This document shows, piece after piece, positions 32,918 through 47,539 of a stretch of DNA of 64,000 bases (position 1 is its first letter; each line of letters begins with the position of its first letter). Source of the DNA: Tubulanus polymorphus (lineage: Eukaryota > Animalia > Nemertea); assembly GCF_964204645.1 (NCBI RefSeq), contig NC_134027.1:14974485-15038484 (forward strand), in the 5' to 3' direction. Made by a program: the position numbers and the translations under genes. The notes under the pieces are model-generated. The model ran no database searches. It saw only the letters and a list, made by a program, of their open reading frames with translations, and was not told where the DNA came from.

Positions 32918-34199
32918 CTAGAATACATAACAATATACCGAGTCAAGCAGCAAGTTACCACAAACAGAGCAAATTGAAATAATAAGGGACCATCCATTTT
33001 GTATGTACACATAGGGGTCGGTGTGATGCATAGACCAACATATAGGTGAGGGCTCGGATCATGGATCGTAGGTCTGGTATGCATCTATTTAGTTTGTACG
33101 AATGACCTCATGGTATGCTCTCACTGTGCAATGAAATACCTTATGTACTTGTTCCTATGGAAGAATGTAAAATAAGTAATGTAAGGCTTTCTAGTATCTG
33201 TAGATGATTCTGTAGATGACTGATTGGGGTATTTTTCAAAAACATATATGAGTTTTCGTAATCAACTTTCAAAACAGTAGCCAGAAGCATGGTGGTTTAT
33301 CATAAGACAATCTCCCAAAATGTTTGATAGTAATTCGCCAAAAGCAAAGTGGTTCACCTTTAGTCCTGGTAAGGCAATTGCCAGTTAACCTAGGCAATGA
33401 ACTCTATCTTCCATATATCTATCATATCCAAAATGCCTAACCATTACCAACTAGAGCTACACCAGCAACACCACTAGGCTGATGAAAATATTCAACCAAA
33501 CAGATAGGGATCAGTAACTTGAAATGAAAAGGGTGAACACAATGCTTCATAAGCCCTGCGGAAGACAAACAGGGTTGCATTCAATCCGGTCAACAAGTTT
33601 TGAAATAATTATAAGCTACCTCAAAAAGGATTGTGATCTTCATGCCATACACTTTGCATCTAAATATGTTGGCCGTGTACTTTAGAATCTGCATCATGTA
33701 GGACAAAAAAGATGTATTTTGTGAATCCAATACGGCCACCAGATGCATGCAAATACAACTGAAATTGCTAGGGATTCTAATGTTACTGCCACATACAATA
33801 TATGTGAAAGTGAATCATGTACTTCAAAAACTGCACCCTGTACAGTGGAAAAGTTAAAATAAAAAGGCTAATATGGCAGCCAATGCTCCTTCTTGATTTC
33901 AACTAAGACCAAAGTTAATTGGTATCATTAGCTGCAAAGCATATCTGTCTAATAAATATTCAGGCACTACTCCAAAAACTGCAACCTTTATTGGGGGTAT
34001 AGTGTAAGCATACAATATATTCAGTCAGCTATTTTGAATGCGAATATTACGAACATCAACAGAGTTCTTAATCTACATATGAAGCGTATGAACCTGAAAA
34101 TATATTCTACTTCAAAAACAATAGAATGGGAACAGTGTATCTTGATTGAATATGGCTATCAGACACCCATCTTTGGTGCCACAAATACCAAAATCAATG

Positions 34200-34700
34200 A
34201 GAAAATGAATACTCTTCGAACTGGATGAAACAGTATGCCTCGGATGCCCCCCAACTCTGCTGGTAAAATATGGGTAACGTGCTCTACACCAATTGAATAT
34301 GTTGATGTCAAACCTGTGTACCAAGTTTGAAAAGAAATTTCTCGAGAAATGAAGACTCTGTCACACTAATGCTGTTTTCAAATGCCGCCCCCTGGTGGCC
34401 AAAATTTATACCACAGTGACCTGAATTTAATTAGGAATACACCTCAGACCATTTCTCAAGAAACAATGGTGAATCGTGCTAACATCTTTTTCATATGCAG
34501 CCCCCTGGTGGCCACAATTTCATTTACAGAAACCTGAATTTTAAAAGAAATCTACCTCAGACCATTTCGTACCTGTGTACTAAGTTTAAAAAAATCTCAA
34601 GGAATGAAGGCTCAATCCTGATAATGTTGTTTTCCGATGCGGTCCCCCTACTGGCCACAATTTAAATTACAGCAACCTGAATTTTGATAAATAATAAACT
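34200..34700 (+). repeat. Degenerate tandem-array element with gccccctggtggcc units
   Basis: Repeated ccccctggtggcca...acctgaattt...acctcagaccattt units. Confidence 0.55.
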
Positions 34701-35453
34701 CAAAGTTGATGGTCGTCTTTTCGTATGTCACTGATGTTACAGTATATGCGCAGCATCATTTCACGAAGATAGGCTGGTGTAACAACAGCTCATCCACCCA
34801 AAAGACAAAAATGACTGTTTGGAAATAACAGATTGGGTTTGACTGATAACAGATTGGGTTGAGACTGATTGGGTTCAGATGCTGTATTGATAAATCACAC
34901 GGTTGTGATTTGATAACATAATCAATTTCATGAAAGAAGCCTATTGTGGATAATCCTAATGATCAAGAGAATAACAATTAAGTTTCCCTAAAGATAATTG
35001 AAAAATGAATTATCAAAGGAAACCACAATGTTTTTCTGAGTTCAGTCACTTCAAGTAGGCTTTTCTTTTCTTTTGCATTTGCAGAAAATGCTAATTGAAA
35101 AGAAGTGAGGTTTAACATATATAATAAGTCACATTCAGACGGACATTACCTTTTTCATAATATATCAAAATTTAATGAGCAGGATATCAGGGATAAATCT
35201 GGTGGCAAGAAACATACCAAGTTTCAGGGCAGATCAATTAGAAAAGGATGCGGGAAAGAAGATATCATTGATAAAAGAATCTGATTACTTCAGCATCTTA
35301 TTCTTTACAAATGCCAATGTTTGATAAGAAAATGTTGTTTTGAGATTATAGAAATCGTGCTTCATATATCAGAGGGCCAGTCAGTACTAACAGAAGGTTT
35401 CAACTAAGATGGTACAACTATAAAAGGTTTAAAAGAATATTTTGTAGACTTAC

Positions 35454-35553
35454 CACTTTAATGAATTTTGGTTCCAGTATATCCCATGAAATTGTACCAT
35501 GATCCATGAGCTCAACAAATGACTTCAGCGTGAAGGCCAAATACTCTCCTGCA
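35454..35553 (-). CDS. ELMO: ELMO/CED-12 exon (100 nt)
   Basis: tttacag|...|gtaagt. AGEYLAFTLKSFVELMDHGTISWDILEPKFIKV contains the ELMO FVELMDHG..SWD signature. Confidence 0.93.
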
Positions 35554-37209
35554 CTGTAAAAGCATGGGTAATAGCAAATAGTCAGGCACATACCTGAAGC
35601 CCTAAACCCATAAACTGCACCAAGTTTTCAAACTAGGTCCAAGGCTTATCATGGTTAGAATTTGTTATTATTGACTAATCTTCACACATGGAGTAAAACT
35701 TTTTTCTTAATTTTCACCAATATTTACTATTAATCAAACTTGCTATGATAACTAATTACCAATATTGTGAGGCAACTTCAAGGGAGCTCGGGTTATAGGA
35801 ACACAATCAGTCATTTGGGTAGATACTAATCATACTTTAAAGGGTACATGTCTGAATATATATGATTTCATCAAACATATGTAGGATATAGTAAAAATCA
35901 AGACACAAGCTTCATACCATGCAGCCAACACCTAGGATAAGATAACATCATGCACATACATGACTATACAGTCCCAACTTATAGTTGCCCCACATTTTAT
36001 CTTTATATATCATTTATCTTGAGCATAGGAACAATAATTAGCAACTCACAAAGCCTTTGGGAGCCCCTGTGTGCTATTACCCAAAACAAACAAAAACAAA
36101 GACATTTATAATAGAGTGAACAACAAATATACATGTGAATGGAAACAAAATTATGAACATCATATCATCTTTCATGAGTTGAAATATCATAAATTCCCAA
36201 AATTTACATTCCTCGTTGGTAAATCACTAGAAATACTCAGACATGACTGACTAGACATGACCCTTTCTTCAGAACTTAATGGCCCAAACAATGTTTTTCC
36301 GGTCTCTAGTCATTGCCAGAGCAAATCTTAAGTGAAGCTCAACCCCAAATAAATGGGCTGCAAAGAAGGGATGGAGAGTGGGACCGTGATCTATTTACCC
36401 ATGGGAAACAAAATCAAACAAAAAACACGAAATTCTGAATATGGATTCTAAATTTACAGTGTATGATTAATCCAGCATCAAAATTAAACATTGGAACTCT
36501 AGAGATTAAGCAAAACTAATAAAAAAGAGTGAAAATTCTATTAAATTGAATTCGAATGATGGGAAAAAACTGACTTTTTACAGATAATTAGATCGAAAAT
36601 AAGGACAGAAAATAGCAAGTAAAAATTTTCCTTTTATTCTAATTATGAATGGAAACGCATACCTATTTTCAACATGAAGTTTTTGGCAGAATTTCAGAGA
36701 ATCTGTGCTCCAAGTAATAAAAAGAACCTGAGATTTCCCCCTTGATTGAATCAAGAAGTTTTATGAGAATCTGTCTATTGACACAATCTCCGTGAAGCAC
36801 TATACATGTTGTAATCACACATAACTGCACGATGATGCATCATGAATATACATGGTAGCGGATTTTCCCCACTGACTCAAATTGATACTCCCCACGTTCA
36901 TGGTGTGACAATTTCATTTATTTCAACATTGTGTAGTTAGAAAGTTTGTTAGAAAATTTACTTTCGTAAATTAAAAAATTTCCAAGATTAACTTCCCCCG
37001 TTCCTAATTTCACTGCCCTTCTATAAAATTCACTACCTTGGCAGTTGAATCATTTGCAGTTTCCAAGAATACTTTAACTAGGCCACATGTGAGGCGCTCT
37101 TTTCATATACATGCAGACCAATACACCACATAGCAGGGAGTCTGTGTGTCACGCATGTGTGTAAAGCATGAATACTCTGATAAGAAATGAAGTTCCAACA
37201 TCAAATAGA

Positions 37210-37493
37210 CATCCTTCCACTGCAGGGATTCGAACCTGATGGCATCACTTCACTCAGCAACAGCACGATCGCCTGCTACAGTAGACTGGGTGCGCAGGTA
37301 CATACGCAACTTTACTGCATGAAACCTTGCGGCACCAATCAGATTGCTCGTTGTACAATCGCTGAGGTAAATTTCAAGGAAGAACTATAGATGGGAAAAC
37401 TCGGGCTAAAATAAAACGGGATCTAGTGTGGCAGGGTTTCGTACCGTGGCAATCTCGATGCCATCAGGTTCGAATCCCTGCTGGGGGAGGATG
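37210..37493. mobile_element. MITE with CAT...ATG ends
   Basis: Imperfect ~36-bp TIR (core cagggattcgaacctgatggcatc / gatgccatcaggttcgaatccctg). Flanks caaataga / caaatagg look like an 8-bp TSD with one mismatch. Confidence 0.7.
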
Positions 37494-38955
37494 CAAATAG
37501 GTAACTAAATTAATAAACAAGCAATGCATTCTGATGAAATTCAATAGGGTTAGAGACTTTATTACTGCATTGAATGTTTTGGAAGTTCCGGAGAGGAACT
37601 ATGCTTCGTTACGAAGTTATTTTGTACCAACGGAAGAAAGTTTCATATGCGATAGTAAAATGGACGTTGCTAAAGCGAAAGTCCATAAAAATTATGATAT
37701 TCTTTGTGGTGTTGACACATATTTAAAAATTCCAAATACTAAAACAATAATTAAAAGACATAGCTGCAAAGCAGCAATAATGGTTATCCACCTTGCTGGT
37801 TAAAATGTCCATACTACGAAACAAACGAAGTTTCATTGCAATCAATCTTGTAAGTTCATGCCACCTAGGGGTCAAAACATGCACTAGTTTGTACATGATA
37901 TCGGCTACTAAGTACAAAGTCCTGATGTATCAAATTTAGTTAAATAGTTTTTGAGGATAATAAAGATAGTCTTTTCACTCCCTAGTCCCTTGCACCATTT
38001 GAGCTATTGATTCAGAAAGGAAGATTTGCTCTCTGATTGGCTTTTTAAAACTGATACCTTTGCATTCAGATTTTTGCAAAAAATACCATGTAAATCTTAA
38101 GGCCTTCTTTTGATAAATTCGGCTTCCTAGGAATTTGAAAATGGATAATGTTTGAATGCATGATTTGTATGCATATATGCTCAGTTGCATAGTGAAAAAG
38201 CTTTTCATCTGGAAACAATGTTATCTCAATTCGCTCCATTTCTATGGCAATAAGGTAGGCTCAGCCTATGGCTGTCTAAATATCAGAATCGTCAGGTATA
38301 AATCTTTCCGGCAAATTTGATACAGATTGGTTTTGAAATAAGGGAGGAGTAGGACTTTGAGGTTCAGTTGTTTGGAATGGCAAAAACTAATAGTGGGTTT
38401 CTCCCTTGCTGATTTAAATGTCATACTAGGAAGCGTAGAATAATTTCATCGAAATCAAGCTCATCAGTGGTTAACGATTTCGAAGGAACACTGTACTGAG
38501 ATAGGGTTTTTGGCGCAGAATCACTTCCCGCGCTTAACAAGCTGCGCATTTCAGTACAGAACTGAATAAGCTGAATAATAACAGAACCGATAGGCATCGA
38601 ATAATTTCTGTGAATGCTTAGTACTGTACTGAAATCCTAATGTGAACGCAGCTATAGGCCAGCCAATTTAGCCAGACAATATATCCAGAAATTAATACGA
38701 CACAAAGAACTAATGTTGTATGAAAACTGATTTGTGAACCTTTTGTCAAGATTGAAGTAATAGTAAGGCGCCAAAACTGATAATCTATTGCTTGGCCATC
38801 ATCCCGGTAATGCCTAGTAATGCATGGACGTTTGTCACATGTTTAGCTCCGCTAAAGTAGATCAAAATATGATGGCCCACTTAAATACAGACAACCCATT
38901 CAATCCAATCCATTCCATTAACTCTAACAGTGTTTGGGTTAAATACCACGCTTAC

Positions 38956-39125
38956 CAGGAACCACTCTCAACCATTTCTACCACCAACTTTAGACCATTC
39001 TTACTAATGAATTCTGCAGCAAATGTAGGATCAGCTGAAAGTGATGCCAAATCTTTCAGAGCACTTAACTTTTCTTCTGTACTGCCATAACTGATTCTCT
39101 CATAAAGACCCTTAGCCATTTTGAG
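38956..39125 (-). CDS. ELMO: ELMO/CED-12 exon (170 nt)
   Basis: ttttacag|...|gtaagc. LKMAKGLYERISYGSTEEKLSALKDLASLSADPTFAAEFISKNGLKLVVEMVESGS. Confidence 0.92.
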
Positions 39126-40232
39126 CTGTAAAATACAAATCAACAAGAAACAAATTATAAGACAGTAAAGCCAATGTGAAAACCACCAAATAGAAATATA
39201 CACATATTTGTCTACTGGTATCAAATCAGCAGAATTAGGGTTTTCAGTAATTGTTCATCCCGTAATTTTTCAGCTTTCATTCCGTAATGCCGTAGAGAAT
39301 CCATGCTCCAAGTAATCAAATAATTGCCCATGGGCAAAGTGTGGTTTACCTTAAAAACTGGAGCCTGTGTGGCAAAGGCATTGCTTATGAAAAATCTTTT
39401 TAATTCATGAATTCAAAGTTCTACTATTTCATTTTATTTTTATGAAATAATTATTTTGTAGTCAAATCAAGACCAAAAATACATTCGTTTACAGTCCACG
39501 TCCAAAATTTTGTAGGCTACAGGTAGGCAGGAAAACTATTTTATAATTGGAAAAATATATTTTTCATTTTCTGCTGTGTATTGCTTTACGTGAATGGAGT
39601 TACAATTTGAAGTTACTTTGAAAATGAGAAGAGTCGGCGCTAAAATTGGCACAGGCAAAGTTTGAGCAGATGGCTAATTAGCATATCAAGGTCATCCATC
39701 TGATTTGAGAAAGAGCTATTTTTCCCAGACTTCAGATTTTTCCCATTCTAACGAGGTCCTTTTTCAAAATTCAGCTTTGTAGGGTTTGGAAAACGGATAA
39801 TGCTCTAATGAATGATTTGTATGAATATATGCTCAGTTGCACAGTCAAAGAGCCTTTGCACTGGAAACCATGTCATTTAAATTCGTTCCATTTGTATAGT
39901 AATAGGCTCAGCCTACGGCTGGCCTAAAAATGGAAATATTTCACTCGTTTCATGGTTATATAGTCGTAGGCCCATAGCGGCTAAGACCAGATTGTCTCGG
40001 AGGCGAAATAAATTAAGTTGAAATTTGAATTTGATTATTAATGATTATTAGAAAGGCACACAAATGCGGTTGAAAGAAAATTGCATGCTAATGAAAATTA
40101 CAGTGGATACTTTGATAACAATGCAATGTAGCTCGAGTAACGATGCAATGTAGTTGTTTACTTTAACTAAGAATTTTGCGGGCTAGACATTTGATGGAAT
40201 AAATCAAAGTCAGATTTCCATCAATATCGGAC

Positions 40233-40902
40233 CCAGGAAGAAAGTCACTCTAAATATTTGGATGGATATATGAAAGCTGTGGGTACTGGAGTGTGTAATG
40301 GGTAGTGTAGTGTGATCTGTGTGCATTTGTGGCCAGCACACAGATCGCATTGTTCAAATTGGGGTTTGGTCCAGGACTCGCGAGATTTTCAACAACACGG
40401 AAGTAACGTGTAATAAATGATTACTTGAATTGCATGACTACCTACCACCCCTCATTATTGTTGGAAAACTAAACGTTCGGCACTGACTAAAAATTTGTAA
40501 TAACATTTTAGAAATGGCCAGAATTTTAACTTAGGTTCTATCTCATTTTTATTTTACAATTGCGATTGGTATAATTTTTTTTTAAACGGCCGTTAAGGCT
40601 TCATGTTTCGTCTGCAATTCACTGAAAATAGTTACACAACTATGCACATTTCAGTGTTTTTGGCAGCTGTACACTCAATCGGCACCGTTCGTGACTAGCT
40701 TCACTGCGGAATTATCATTAATTAACATCGCCATATCACATCATCAACTTATATTGAGCCTTAAAACCCTAACAGCCGAAATAATTGAAATACACACACG
40801 ATTTCTATCATTGAAAATTGAGAGAATGGCCGTGTTTGTGTTCTGCTGCTTCGCGTTAATCCCGCGGGGTGGCGCCACCGCGCGGAGTGGGGCCGATACG
40901 TC
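40233..40902 (+). repeat. Interspersed repeat; near-identical inverted copy at 59787-60455
   Basis: Direct reverse-complement match; ORFs 40691(+) and 59707(-) share MTSFTAELSLINIAISHHQLIL. Confidence 0.85.
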
Positions 40903-41882
40903 AAGCATTGCCATAACTAAACTGGGTTCTTACACTACATTAGATAATTCTATCATATTCAACAACAAAAATAGCGTGTTGTGCCCTAAACATGAAGCCC
41001 ACTAGATGTATTTCAGAAGCATCTTGATGTCATGAGCGTTAGAGATCAATGGAAGAGTTATCATAGTATCACTCTTTTTTGGAACATATTGACATAAGTA
41101 CCCATAGATACAATGAGTAGAGCACATAAATGATCCTTAAATACATCTATGTACTAATAAATCCTAAGCGAGAAATCTTGTTTTTCAAGAGAAAAATATA
41201 TTTCAAGGCACAATGTGATAAAAAAGGTTGGTCCAGATGATTTACTGACACTTATAGGGGTCGATGTGACCCAGTGTAACCCCCCTAAATCGGCCACACC
41301 CAATGAATATACCTAGTTTAGAAGAAATCGCACATCATTTGATCCGTGTAGAGCGTTAACAAGAAATTCACAATGTTTACCTTGGCAGCCATAATGGGTG
41401 AGTGAGAAAGTTTATTTTAGATCGGTCATGGACCTACCCCATTACGGATACCAACTTTAAATGAATTTGCACATTGCTTCCGTGTAGATCGTTAATGAGA
41501 AATTCAAGATGTCCACTGTGGCGGCCATAGTGAAAAATTGCTCCTTTGAATTTTTTTTAAAATGGCCACAAATTTGTTGATTTCTCTTAAATGAACGCGA
41601 TGTTCGAAATTCCATTTCCAAAAGATTTTAGCCACATGATCAAGCTACATTTTGCACATAAACATAGTGGATTGCATAACTTTGTGTCAAAGTCACAACC
41701 TCATTTGTAAGCGAAAATTAAATTTTGGACCCATTAACTCGGGCTTCGCCCGAAATAAAAAATGAGTGGTTTCATTCATCTAGGTCAGACCTAAAATACT
41801 CTTACAATGGACATTTTGCATGATATCATCACTGGTGTCTAATAGGTCTGGTTTTACTTGTACGTGGTACATCAATTTATAA

Positions 41883-43163
41883 ACTAGGGGTCCAGGGACA
41901 CCATGCCCACTTGGAAAGTGGTTCCAAATGCTCAACAATCTAACAATTTCAATATTCAATAACAATTTCAATATTCAACGCCCCTGGTGACCATATACAA
42001 AAACCAATGACCTTGAAACTCACCACAATCATAGAACCTATCAGCAGCTATGATTCGGTAATTGATTGTGATAACAAATTATGCCTCGTTACCAATTTAA
42101 TATGGAAATACTAAGTTATTCTACTATTCAACGCCCCCTGGTGACCATATTCAAAACCCAATGACCTCGAAACTCACCATAATCATAGAACATGTCATGA
42201 ACTATAACTTTGTAATTGATCATGGTAACAAAATATGCCTAGGTACCAATATAATAAGGAAATTCTAAGTTATTCAAATATTCAACGCCCCCTGGTGACC
42301 ATATAGAATAACAAATGGCCTTAAAACTTGCCACAATCATAGATGATGTCATGAGCTACAACTGTGCAATCGATTGTGGTTACAAAATATGCATTGATAC
42401 GAATATAACATAGAAATACTAAGATATTGTATTATTCAATGCCCCCTGGTGGCCATATACAAAAACCAATGACCTTGAAACTCACCACAATCATAGAACA
42501 CGTTATGAGCTACAAGTTTCTAATTGATTGTGGTAACAAAATACACTTAGGTATCAATATAATGTGGAAATACTTTTTCCCACCTACGAATGAGTACTGA
42601 TGATACCAAGATGGCCGCCAATTGCATCATAATTGGCTGATCAAATATACCTGCCTCAGGTATAAAACATCCCTTTTCAAAGAATACCCATCATAAATTG
42701 CAATGAGAAATGGAAAACCAGTAGGGAGCTACAGGACTCGGAATTCGGGCCAAAATTGACATTTTTAAAATAGTGAAGGATGGTCATCTTGAGTCCGATC
42801 GACCCAATGTTATGCTGATGGGCCCTGGAGGGGATTCACATACATCCGAAATATCAAGGTAATTGATCAAAGCGTCTTCAAAATTTCCCTCAAAAAGTTC
42901 AAAAATGTGTAAAAAGTGTGGATTTTGGCGAACAACAATGGCTGCCAGTCGGCCATCTTGATTCTGAGAGGGCCAGTTTTTGGGCTGAAGATGTGTCTAG
43001 GATAGATACATGTGTAACCCATATATCAAGACATTACATTGAAGCGTCTTCACAACTTCCCAAAATAACTGGATTCCGTCTACGAACGGGCACAGACAAA
43101 CGGACGGACGACAGACGAAAAGTGAACGCAATAGCCCGCTGGGACTAAAGTCCCAAGTGGGCT
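41883..43163 (+). mobile_element. Full family-T Helentron-like element with a ~153-bp tandem array
   Basis: Same 5' (actaggggtccagggacacc) and 3' (gggactaaagtcccaagtgggct) ends as 2621-4483. Confidence 0.8.
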
Positions 43164-45723
43164 GGAAATATCCCAAGTAACTTCTTAATTGTGTGGCATT
43201 TACTTATGGCTTTTTACGCGGGATTTGTATAATAAATACCATCACATCGATTGTTGAATGACATGTTCATTAAAATCATAACAAAAACTGATGTCATTAG
43301 TACAATTTTCTGTTTTGATAATTTTCGCTATTTGGATAGTTCTGTAGATTATATGCTATACCGATGGTAATTGACTAGCTATTTGTATCACTGATCGGAT
43401 TGTGAAAATATAGCTTTCATAAAACCAGAACGAAAAAGGAATAAACTGCACTATGTGACTGGATAATGAGCTTAACCATGGAATCAGTAACATTTTTTTA
43501 CAGTCCATGGCTGAAATGATGCTATTAAATAAATCAATGAGAAATACCACCGCCAATTATTACAACGAAAATATAGGAATGAATTCCGAACAAAATCAAA
43601 TCAGCTTGTTCTTGGTCTTATGTAATCTTTTATAAAGTGGATATTTCTAGTAATTCACGCAATTAGGAAAAACTCAATCCTGTAATGCATTTTTCTTTCG
43701 GTTTTAAGTGATTTACAACTTTTACCAAATATGGACCTCATGGTTTGACATTCAAACCATTAAGCATTATGGTATCAACCAAAATTAATTACAATCGGCT
43801 TTTCGTAGAATCCTCATGAAGGTCACAATTTTAGTAATTTGACCTTGGGAGGTTTAAACCTCCCGAAACCAATTTGCAAAATATCGGTCCTCTTTGTCGG
43901 CGACAAGTAGACTATTTAATTGTTATTCATTCAGAAATAAAGATGATGTAATGACTAGTCAGTTTCTATTGTGCACCTGCTGTGATTTGGGCACGAGTAC
44001 CACGATTGAAAGTCGAGATCACAGGCGGATATTGAGCTCTATGGCCTACACATAACATCATAAACTGGTCCGCAAATAAAGTGTTTCGTGGTCTAGATGA
44101 CACATTTGTATTAATTCATGCCGTCAATAAATAATTTTTCAGGTCTTAAGGACCAAAAATTTGTAATATTTTTGATACAAACTGAGAAAGTATCAAAACA
44201 TTTGGGAATGCGTTTTTGAACATACCGACTTGGTTTGTAACAACATATTCATTTTAGTAACTTTTATGTGTCATTTTGTTTAATAGCAAGCCAGTATTCA
44301 ATTATTTCTACTATTCATTGATCATGACTATTTATCATTTATTCATTGAGATCATTATTTACTATCACTACTATACATGATTGTTATTATTTATTATCAT
44401 AATTATCTAATCGACAATAATCAAATACATATATCATTACTGTTCAATTATAAGGCAATATTATTGTATTACGACTTACGTTATTATCATTCATTACAAG
44501 ATACAACTTGTACATTGTATCTTGTATATCTATCTATTTATTATCAGTATTATTAATTATTGTTGTCATCTATTCATAACTACCTCATTATTCATCCATC
44601 ATAATCAGTCATTCATTACTAATCATTATACTTGGACGTTACTCATCCATTGGCACAGTGTTCAACTACTAGGCTGACCATTCCACATATTAATTGCATG
44701 AAAAATTACAAAACATTGTATCATTCATTATCTGTAGGAAAAATTAAGCTAATCTTATAAACTGACAGCTTCACCGTTAATCCATCAGCTTCACTGACCT
44801 TGGGTCAATGGATAAAGAAAACATTCCATCCACAACTGAGACTGATGAAATGTGAGTTCTTGAAATCTGTTGGCTTAGGCCTATACTAACTGTTCCAAAC
44901 TGGATTGCCTCAAAAATGTATCATTAGATTCTGTTCTCAGTTCATTACAAGACAAACATAGCATATATAAAGATAATTACCCTATCTGTTGGCTCAAGAA
45001 TGATAAATCCTTCAGCCTCTTCCATTGCTCAAAGCATGCTAAAAGAGGATATCAATAACCAAACACTAAGTTCACTTCATGATTAACCAGGAAATTATAT
45101 TCATACTTCATATGCTGTGTAATCAGGAAGTTTACAGATAAAAGGTCACAGTACAATTATCTGATAGTGCATTTACAAATGATTCAAAATATATAAAATG
45201 TCAGATATTCTGAAGGTTACATACAACAATATACATTTTTGTTATGGGCTTGTATCAATTATATTTCAGGATTGGCAATTAAGATGATGTATGCTAACTT
45301 GAAGGGGTCAAGGGATAAGTTCTTAACTTCTGGTTAAGAACTTATCCACCAGTTAGTCAACCACTAGTTTAATTCAGTTTCTCAAATCAGTTCCTCAGTC
45401 AGGGTTTGCTAACCAGTGGTTGTAGCTCCTTAACCAGTGGTTAAATCCACTGTATAGCCTCGTTTTTATTGAATCCAGCCTCACTTTGAAATTGATCACA
45501 CATATCATTAAAATGGGGTGATTAAAATTAATAATGACATGAAATTCAAAGAAAAGATAAAACCAATTTCACAGAAAAAAAAATGTCTACGCTATTAATA
45601 CTTGATTGAAAAGTAATATAGCGTGACTTCAATCTGTGGCTCTTTTAAAGTCTTGAGAAGTTCAGCTATAAAGTTTATCCAATCTCTTTCAAAACCAAAC
45701 CTTTTCTCAAACATTCATGCGAA

Positions 45724-47195
45724 TTAGTTGTCGAATAAACACTATAATCCGTGTAAACTGTAGAAAAATGAAGAAATCCCACACTTCGAATTTAAAATTA
45801 TACGATCAAATTTATCATTATAAAAGCACGTTTCGGCTGTTGACTTACAGCCATCATCAGGTGGAATGACCAGAAAAACAAGTAACAAAGCATATAAACT
45901 CACAGGATCTAAAATAGAAGCAGTGTGCCACAACAAAAGTAAACAGATCAAGCAATAGAAACCCTAGAAACCACAGCAATTCTAAACAGTTCAGAGTAAA
46001 AGCAAATTATGTAACTAAGTGAAGTGGACTGAAGAGGATGGCGATAACAGAGTGACACATAGTGACATTAACCCAAATCTAATAAAGAGTTGATGTGTAT
46101 GGATAATAATTGGTTATATGGAGAAAAATCCAGGATTATGTAAGAATGGGAATCCACTTTCCACTGTTCTAGCTGGTTTATTTTTGGAACATGTCGAAAG
46201 TGAAATTCTTCCTCTTTACACCGAAAGTAGACCCAAAATATGGCGACGTTACGTTGATGATATTCTTTGTTTAGTTTCCCCCGATTTTAATGTGAATGGG
46301 TTCTTACATTATTTGAACTCTTTATATCCTACTTTGAATTTCACTTTTGATTGGGAAGAAAATAACTGCATCCAGTTTCTCGATGTACTCATTCATAATT
46401 TCAAAATGAATTTGAAATTCTCTGTATATAGAAAACCGACTAATACTGATTATTTCTTCGAGCCCTACGTATTTGTGATCAAATGTTTTTAGATAAAGAA
46501 ATCAAACATATGGGCCTAAGAACTGCTCTCAAGAAACTAGCCTATCCAGACAAAATTCTGAACAAAGCTTATTTCAAAGCCCGAATCTCTCACTTTGGAG
46601 GTAATGACCTGACCACAAAACGCAGAGCTCAAAAGAATATCATAATCCCGTATTAACCTACTTTGGAACGCTTTAAATCCACATTAAGCACCATCGACAC
46701 TAGATTAGTCTTTCAGTATAATAACAAACTCACTAATGTTCTAACCAAAAATTAACAGTGAGCTAATTGAGTCCGGGGTCTATAAGATACCATGTAAAGA
46801 CTGTAATATGATGTACATCAGCGAAACGGGACGTAATCTTAGTCAGTGTATTAAAGAACACAAAATAGATATCCGCAACCAAAAGCCTGAGAGTGGAATA
46901 GCAAATCATGTCTTTACCACCAATCACCAATTTGACTTTCAGAATTCGAAACTTATTTATCCTTGTAAAGATATTCATAAGAGACACATAGTGGAATCAG
47001 CCCTAATATGTAAACTTTCGAAATCCAATTTATCTACTAATTTAAATACTGTTTTTTCTCCACATAACCAATTATTATCCAGACACATCAACTCTTTATT
47101 AGATTTGGGTTAATGTCACTATGTGTCACTCTGTTATCGCCATCCCCATGTTTGATCGTATAATCTTAAATTCAAAGTGTGGGATTTCTTCATTA
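45724..47195 (+). mobile_element. Penelope-like retroelement (RT + GIY-YIG), 5'-truncated, with an inverted pseudo-LTR
   Basis: GNPLS, WRRYVDDIL, FLDV, YRKPT, GVYKIPC..C...YISETGRNL. 46035-46098 and 45770-45812 are inverted copies of 47082-47195. Confidence 0.88.
45826..45864 (-). ncRNA. Degenerate minimal hammerhead ribozyme motif in the Penelope pLTR
   Basis: Minus strand ccacCTGATGAtggctgtaagtcaacagccGAAACgt; the 3' stem I partner is degraded. Confidence 0.5.
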
Positions 47196-47539
47196 ATGCG
47201 AATATTGATTTAGATGCTCGAATCGCTGTTGTTCAACTCTGTTGTAGCCAAATGCAGGCAATAAATAGAGGACCAATGGTCCAATGGCTCAGCAAACTGT
47301 GTGAAGTAAAAATCTGTCACGCTGTTGGCCTATCGGTATGCAAAAATTGTTCTTAATTAAACAAGAAAAGAATCTATCAACAAGAGCCCTAAGGGGCACA
47401 ATGGCCAGCCTGTCAGATTTGCTTTTTATAAATGATGTAATCTGTGGGTTATATTTATCAATATACACTCCCTGCTCAATGTCATTTACATAGTACAATT
47501 GTGTGTTAACACAGACAGCAGGAGCGAATGTAATATAGA

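Noticed and set aside
37222-37240. tRNA or SINE suggested by GGTTCGAATCCC
   Set aside because: No A-box or cloverleaf; it is part of a TIR.
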